Assembly: GCA_965237805.1 (NCBI GenBank)
Contig: OZ250153.1
Span: 384,001-448,000, forward strand
Origin: Gammaproteobacteria bacterium
GTDB taxonomy: Bacteria > Pseudomonadota > Gammaproteobacteria > JABABF01
DNA length: 64,000 nucleotides
Reading direction: 5' to 3'
Shown: piece by piece, positions 63,045-64,000 of the stretch
Layout: each line of letters begins with the position of its first letter
How positions within the stretch are numbered: the first letter of the stretch is position 1
Notes under the pieces: model-generated
What the model was told of the DNA's origin: nothing
Databases searched by the model: none
What the model saw: only the letters and a program-made list of their open reading frames with translations
Position numbers and translations under genes: made by a program

Positions 63045-63662
63045 GTGAACAGCCTGCTCAACCACCCGGTCGCACTCACCGTGCTGGTGCTGGTCGGCCT
63101 CGGCCTGTTATTCGGCGTGCTACTGGGTATCGGTGCCGTACTGTTCCGCCCCAAGGGCAATGCATTGGTCGAGCAGATCAACCAGATTCTGCCGCAGACT
63201 CAGTGCGGGCAGTGCGGCTTCCCCGGTTGCCGTCCATACGCCGAGGCCATCGCCGCTGGCGAGGCTCAAATCAACCGCTGCCCGCCCGGCGGCGCTCCCG
63301 GCATCGCTCAGTTGGCCGCTCTGCTAGATACCGAGCCCTTAGCGCTCAATGCCGAACACGGCGAGGAAAAGCCACGTACCGTGGCCTACATCCGCGAAGA
63401 TGAATGCATCGGTTGCACCAAGTGTATCCAAGCCTGCCCGGTGGACGCGATCCTCGGCGCGGCGCGCTGGATGCACACGGTGATCATCGATGAATGCACC
63501 GGCTGCGATCTGTGCGTCGACCCCTGCCCGGTGGACTGCATCGATATGCTACCGCTACCGCACTCATCGGTGGACGATTGGCAGTGGCCCTTGCCGCAAA
63601 GTGCTGGCATGCAGGATCTGATCGCCACCGATAGCGCGGCAGCATCCGAGCGAGCCGCCTGA
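63045..63662 (+). CDS. rnfB: Rnf/Rsx complex subunit B
   Basis: [16 protein letters not shown]; two ferredoxin CxxCxxCxxxCP motifs. Confidence 0.96.
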   Translation: MNSLLNHPVALTVLVLVGLGLLFGVLLGIGAVLFRPKGNALVEQINQILPQTQCGQCGFPGCRPYAEAIAAGEAQINRCPPGGAPGIAQLAALLDTEPLALNAEHGEEKPRTVAYIREDECIGCTKCIQACPVDAILGAARWMHTVIIDECTGCDLCVDPCPVDCIDMLPLPHSSVDDWQWPLPQSAGMQDLIATDSAAASERAA

Positions 63663-64000
63663 TGGTCAGCAACGACGCACTCAGGCTGTCGCCGGTACCC
63701 GGCGGCGTGCGCCTGCCGACGCATAAGGAACGCACCCGCGATCTGGGCATCGTGGCAGCCCCGCTGCCCGAGCACTTGGTACTGCCACTGAAGGCAAACT
63801 TCGGAACCACGCTGGAACTGCTGGTCCAAGTGGGCCAGCAGGTGGCGTGCGGCCAGCTACTAGCAGCACCGGTGGATGCCGTCGGCGTGCCGGTACACGC
63901 ACCGGTGGATGCCACAGTGCTGGAAATCGCCCCGCGCCCGCTGTCCCATCCGTCGGCAATACCGGCAGCCTGCATCGTGTTGACGCCACTGCCCAGCGCG
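63662..64000 (+). CDS. rnfC: Rnf/Rsx complex subunit C, N-terminal part (runs off window)
   Basis: TGATG overlap with rnfB; translation gives GG...HK, LVLPL, V.VGQ.V..GQ, PVHAP, HPS. Confidence 0.85.
   Translation, partial: MVSNDALRLSPVPGGVRLPTHKERTRDLGIVAAPLPEHLVLPLKANFGTTLELLVQVGQQVACGQLLAAPVDAVGVPVHAPVDATVLEIAPRPLSHPSAIPAACIVLTPLPSA

Overview
A Gammaproteobacterial chromosome window, with gene order resembling Pseudomonadales/Cellvibrionales (inferred from synteny). Positions 1 to about 14850 are a lower-GC defence island whose left end lies outside the window. It holds a hypothetical + minimal nucleotidyltransferase pair, a type I R-M system (hsdM-hsdS-[Schlafen/AlbA_2-HATPase]-hsdR-M48) and a complete qatABCD. 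The rest is a GC-rich, compact core: pckA, ilvD, a TtpC-type TonB system, folA-thyA-lgt-rppH, ubiI/ubiH/pepP, tRNA-Leu, the nnr...hfq-hflXKC-hisZ-purA superoperon, queG, orn, rsgA, psd, efp/epmAB, a multicopper oxidase, hisBHAF, mutY, tRNA-Phe and rnfAB(C). The most unusual signals are: (1) an Hfq with substitutions at classic RNA-binding residues, an acidic loop insert and an RGG/Tyr low-complexity tail; (2) a 37-bp AT-rich, stop-dense insert cutting off the conserved purA C-terminus; (3) partial self-duplications in both tRNA genes; (4) a TauE-Lgt fusion; (5) a Schlafen-domain gene in the PrrC slot of the R-M operon. All calls come from motif recognition by eye; no searches were run and GC statements are visual estimates.
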